From NCBI RefSeq assembly GCF_000143415.4, contig NW_003314267.1:1890185-1954184 (forward strand): 64,000 bases of DNA, given 5' to 3'. Positions 61,254-64,000 of the stretch are shown in pieces. Within the stretch, counting starts at the first letter, position 1, and every line of letters begins with the position of its first letter. Both the position numbers and the translations under genes were made by a program. The notes beneath the pieces are model-generated. The model searched no databases. It was not told the DNA's origin and worked only from the letters and a program-made list of their open reading frames with translations. The DNA comes from Selaginella moellendorffii. Its lineage: Eukaryota; Plantae; Lycopodiophyta.

Positions 61254-63164
61254 ATGTTAGGGTTCCGTGCCAAGAAGCTCGTCGCCTCCGTAGTCTCCAA
61301 GAGGTACTATTCCTATCCCCCGCCGCCGCGCAAGAAGCGCAATCCTCCGCCGGCATTCTTCGATGCCAGGGCCGTCGCACAGATCGATTCGTGCCCGGTG
61401 ACCAGCGCAGCCCGGATTCGTGCCACTCTTCTCCTCACCTATCACTGGATTTGGAGCTTCCAGCAGCACAGCGACAAGAAGCATCATTGCTTGGGCGGGC
61501 TCTTGAGAAATCCCGACCTCTGGATCTGCGCCTACCAGAGGGCCTGCTACAACAACAAGCTATGGAGTCCCGTGAGCTCTCTCCCTCCCAAAACTCTGGA
61601 AACGCTGGAGCTTCTCATGGAAGCGGTGTGTGCGAATTGCTATGGCTGGGGTGGGACGAAGGTTGTGTACGTTTGTCCTCCACACAAGACGGCTATAGAG
61701 GCCACGGAGGTGGACGAGAAGAGCTTCCAGGACGAGATCGTCCAGGAGGTTCTACTCATGGTTTTGGAACAGATGGGATGCTCTAGAGTAACCTGCAAGC
61801 ATGAAGCTGCCCTGCCGTCTCCCCAACCTTTTGGGCTTTTTTTTTTTTTTTACTGGTATTGATATAGGCCGGGAAGGGGTGCTCGCGAGTGCCTGCGATT
61901 CATCCACGGCAACTTTGGTGATGTCTCGTGGACTGTGAAAGGAGATCTCTCCAAGCTCTTCGATTATCCACAGGCCGAGCTCTTCAACCGGGTTCTACGC
62001 AATGTGATCCAGGACGACAAAGTTGGCGAGCTGATCATCAAGGGGATGAAGACACGAGCTCCTCCGGCCGTGCTTCCGTTTAAGAGATTGAAGCCGACAA
62101 AGAGGAAGTTCCTGGAGTTTGAGCCGAGAAGGACTCCGTTGTGGCTGGAGGTGGTTCTGGGATTTGCTCCGGCAGAGGCTCAAAGAACTCCCGACTGGGG
62201 ATGCTGCAACAAGCTGGGTCCGTTTCTGGCCAACGTTTATCTAAGCGAGCTCGACGCCTGGATGGAAAAGCAGGCCGAGCTGTTCCGTCGGCCTCACGAT
62301 CCGTCCATCGGTGTAAGCTTTAGCACCGACGAGCAGGAGAAGCCAAACAATGCTAGGAAAATGGAGTACGTCCGCTTTGGAGCTCACTTCCTTATCTCGG
62401 TCAGAGGCACAAGAGACGACGTTTTGAGCTTCGAGGAGAAGTGTAGAGTCTTCTGCAAGCAAAAGTATCATCGCGAGCCGGAGTTTGGAGCACCTGAGGC
62501 GATCTCAACGCCGACGCTGTTCCTCGGCCACCATTTTTTCCAGACCAAGAAGTTGAAAACGAAGTGGGAGCCGTCCTCAAACAAGAGAGGAACGGTTTCG
62601 AAAGTGGAGAAGACCGTCTTCTGCGTGGACGGCGCTGTGGGGCACGCCGTCCAGAGCTTGAAGCGAGTAGGCATTCTCGACGACAAAGACAACACGCTTC
62701 CATGCATGCGGCTCTTTCACGAGAACCAGGTTCACAACAATGCTCACGTCAACAAGATCTTGCGAGCGCTGGCCGACTTGTACCAGCACTCGACAAACCG
62801 AGCGGAGATGTGCGAGCTCATCGGGTACTTGTTTCGATCGTCGCTGGCGAAGATGTATGCTGCGAAGTACAAGCTCCGGACGCAGATCCGGGTGGCCAAG
62901 TCCGCGTCCTTGGATCTTTGCAAGCCACTCAAGGATCCTCAAAAGGCCGGAGGAGGAGCACAGACGGAGGCGGTGCCGGAGCCACTGGAGCTTGTTTACA
63001 GCGTTCCAGAAGCTCTTGTGGCACCCATAGCTCACGACTGGAAGCCGCTACACGAGAAAACTCTGAGAAGTGTAGCCAGGCTGCTCCGTCCGGAGGGACT
63101 CCAGGACGGACTAGTTGTGCTGGCCAAGGAACTTGGAACTTGCTGGAAGCTAGTCGATGACTAG
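61254..63164 (+). CDS. Nuclear-encoded group II intron maturase (nMAT1/nMAT2 type), interrupted by an in-frame TGA at 61860
   Basis: Transit-like N-terminus, LLRNPDLW..AYQ, FQDEIVQEVLLMVLE, RPGRGA..WTVKGDLSK, LGPFLANVYLSELD, MEYVRFGAHFLISVRG, domain X SLAKMYAAKYKLRT. The two listed ORFs are in the same frame. Confidence 0.8.
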
Positions 63165-63423
63165 AACTTTCGCGGGGTTGAAGATCAACAGTTCGTCAAA
63201 GTGATATTCTGCGAGGTACAAAATTCCCAATTCTATCTATGTTTGTCATCCAAGATGTGACTCTTTGAAACTTTCAGAGCGGCCAGGAGATGCCTATGAC
63301 GAAGAACGGTAGACGATGAATTGACTAAGTTTGTCTACTTGCGGAAGCTTCATGTCGCTGGTAAGTGCCTTGTTTTTTTATCCATTTTCAGCAACAAAGT
63401 TTTTCCTTTCCACAACCGCAGCT

Positions 63424-64000
63424 ATGGCTTTTGTGGAGCACTTGGTCCTCTTCAGGCTGAAGAAGGAGGTATCAAATTCTCAAGAAGAAGAATGGCTACA
63501 CTCGCTCAACAATCTCAAGAGCCTGGATGGCATTCTCTACTTCAGAGCTGCCAGGATTGCGGAGATCAGCGGTACGTTTTCATTTACTCACGCCCTCTAC
63601 GCCAGGTTCTCCGGGAAAGCAGCTCTTGCGCACTACTCGCCACATCCGGAGCATCTCAAAGTTGTGGAGATTGGGAGGCAAATATGCGACGACTTCTTCG
63701 GACTCGACTGGGAGACCAACGATGCCTCTCAAGTGGGAGACGGCCCCAAAGTCTTCATGGTTGTGAAGCTCAAAGACGGGGTTGATTCACAGGTGCTCCT
63801 TGAAGTGGCTTCCGTGTGTGCAAAGCAGGCTTCTCAGGGGAGATTTGTCAGTGCTGGTTCCGATTTTTCGAAGCGGGGCAGAGGTTTTGATTTTGGATAT
63901 CTTCTGGGAACTTGCAGCGATTGTCCTCCAGACCAACATGCTACTGCTCTTAAGCATCTGCAAGACGAGCTTGCGTTCCTCCAGGGAGCGATCGATTCTT
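63424..64000 (+). CDS. Stress-responsive A/B barrel (Dabb) domain protein, runs off window end
   Basis: Own translation from ATG 63424: MAFVEHLVLFRLKKEVS..FTHALYARFSGKAALAHYSPHPEHLKVV..LDWE..VSAGSDFSKRGRGFDFG; open to 64000. Confidence 0.8.
   Translation, partial: MAFVEHLVLFRLKKEVSNSQEEEWLHSLNNLKSLDGILYFRAARIAEISGTFSFTHALYARFSGKAALAHYSPHPEHLKVVEIGRQICDDFFGLDWETNDASQVGDGPKVFMVVKLKDGVDSQVLLEVASVCAKQASQGRFVSAGSDFSKRGRGFDFGYLLGTCSDCPPDQHATALKHLQDELAFLQGAIDS

Noticed and set aside
63321-63785. Listed 154-aa and 79-aa ORFs
   Set aside because: Wrong frames; the motif-bearing Dabb ORF starts at 63424 and runs past the window end.

Overview
Eukaryotic land-plant nuclear DNA. The SS-rich PPR-DYW gene, very short introns and tight gene spacing suggest a lycophyte such as Selaginella (inference). 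1-29 kb: nested, mostly decayed Ty3/gypsy LTR retrotransposons. These include an old full-length element (1514-8357) and a younger chromovirus (13754-21243) whose single gag-pol frame is shifted only by two tiny GT-AG intron-like segments in integrase. 29-35 kb: a decaying tRNA-Lys(UUU) duplication array with LRR and DYW fragments. 35-48 kb: an intronless secreted beta-helix protein of microbial appearance, an unidentified spliced gene, and two convergent PLS-class PPR genes. 48-55 kb: AT-rich repeats, including 5S-rRNA-bearing Cassandra-like TRIM LTRs. 55-61 kb: a complete Helitron (55224-60845) with an intact RepHel ORF and captured BAHD fragments, inserted exactly between A and T inside a secreted bulb-lectin gene. 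61-64 kb: a disrupted nuclear intron maturase and a Dabb-domain gene running off the end. Top candidate for an undescribed system: the chromovirus whose integrase can only be made after splicing.
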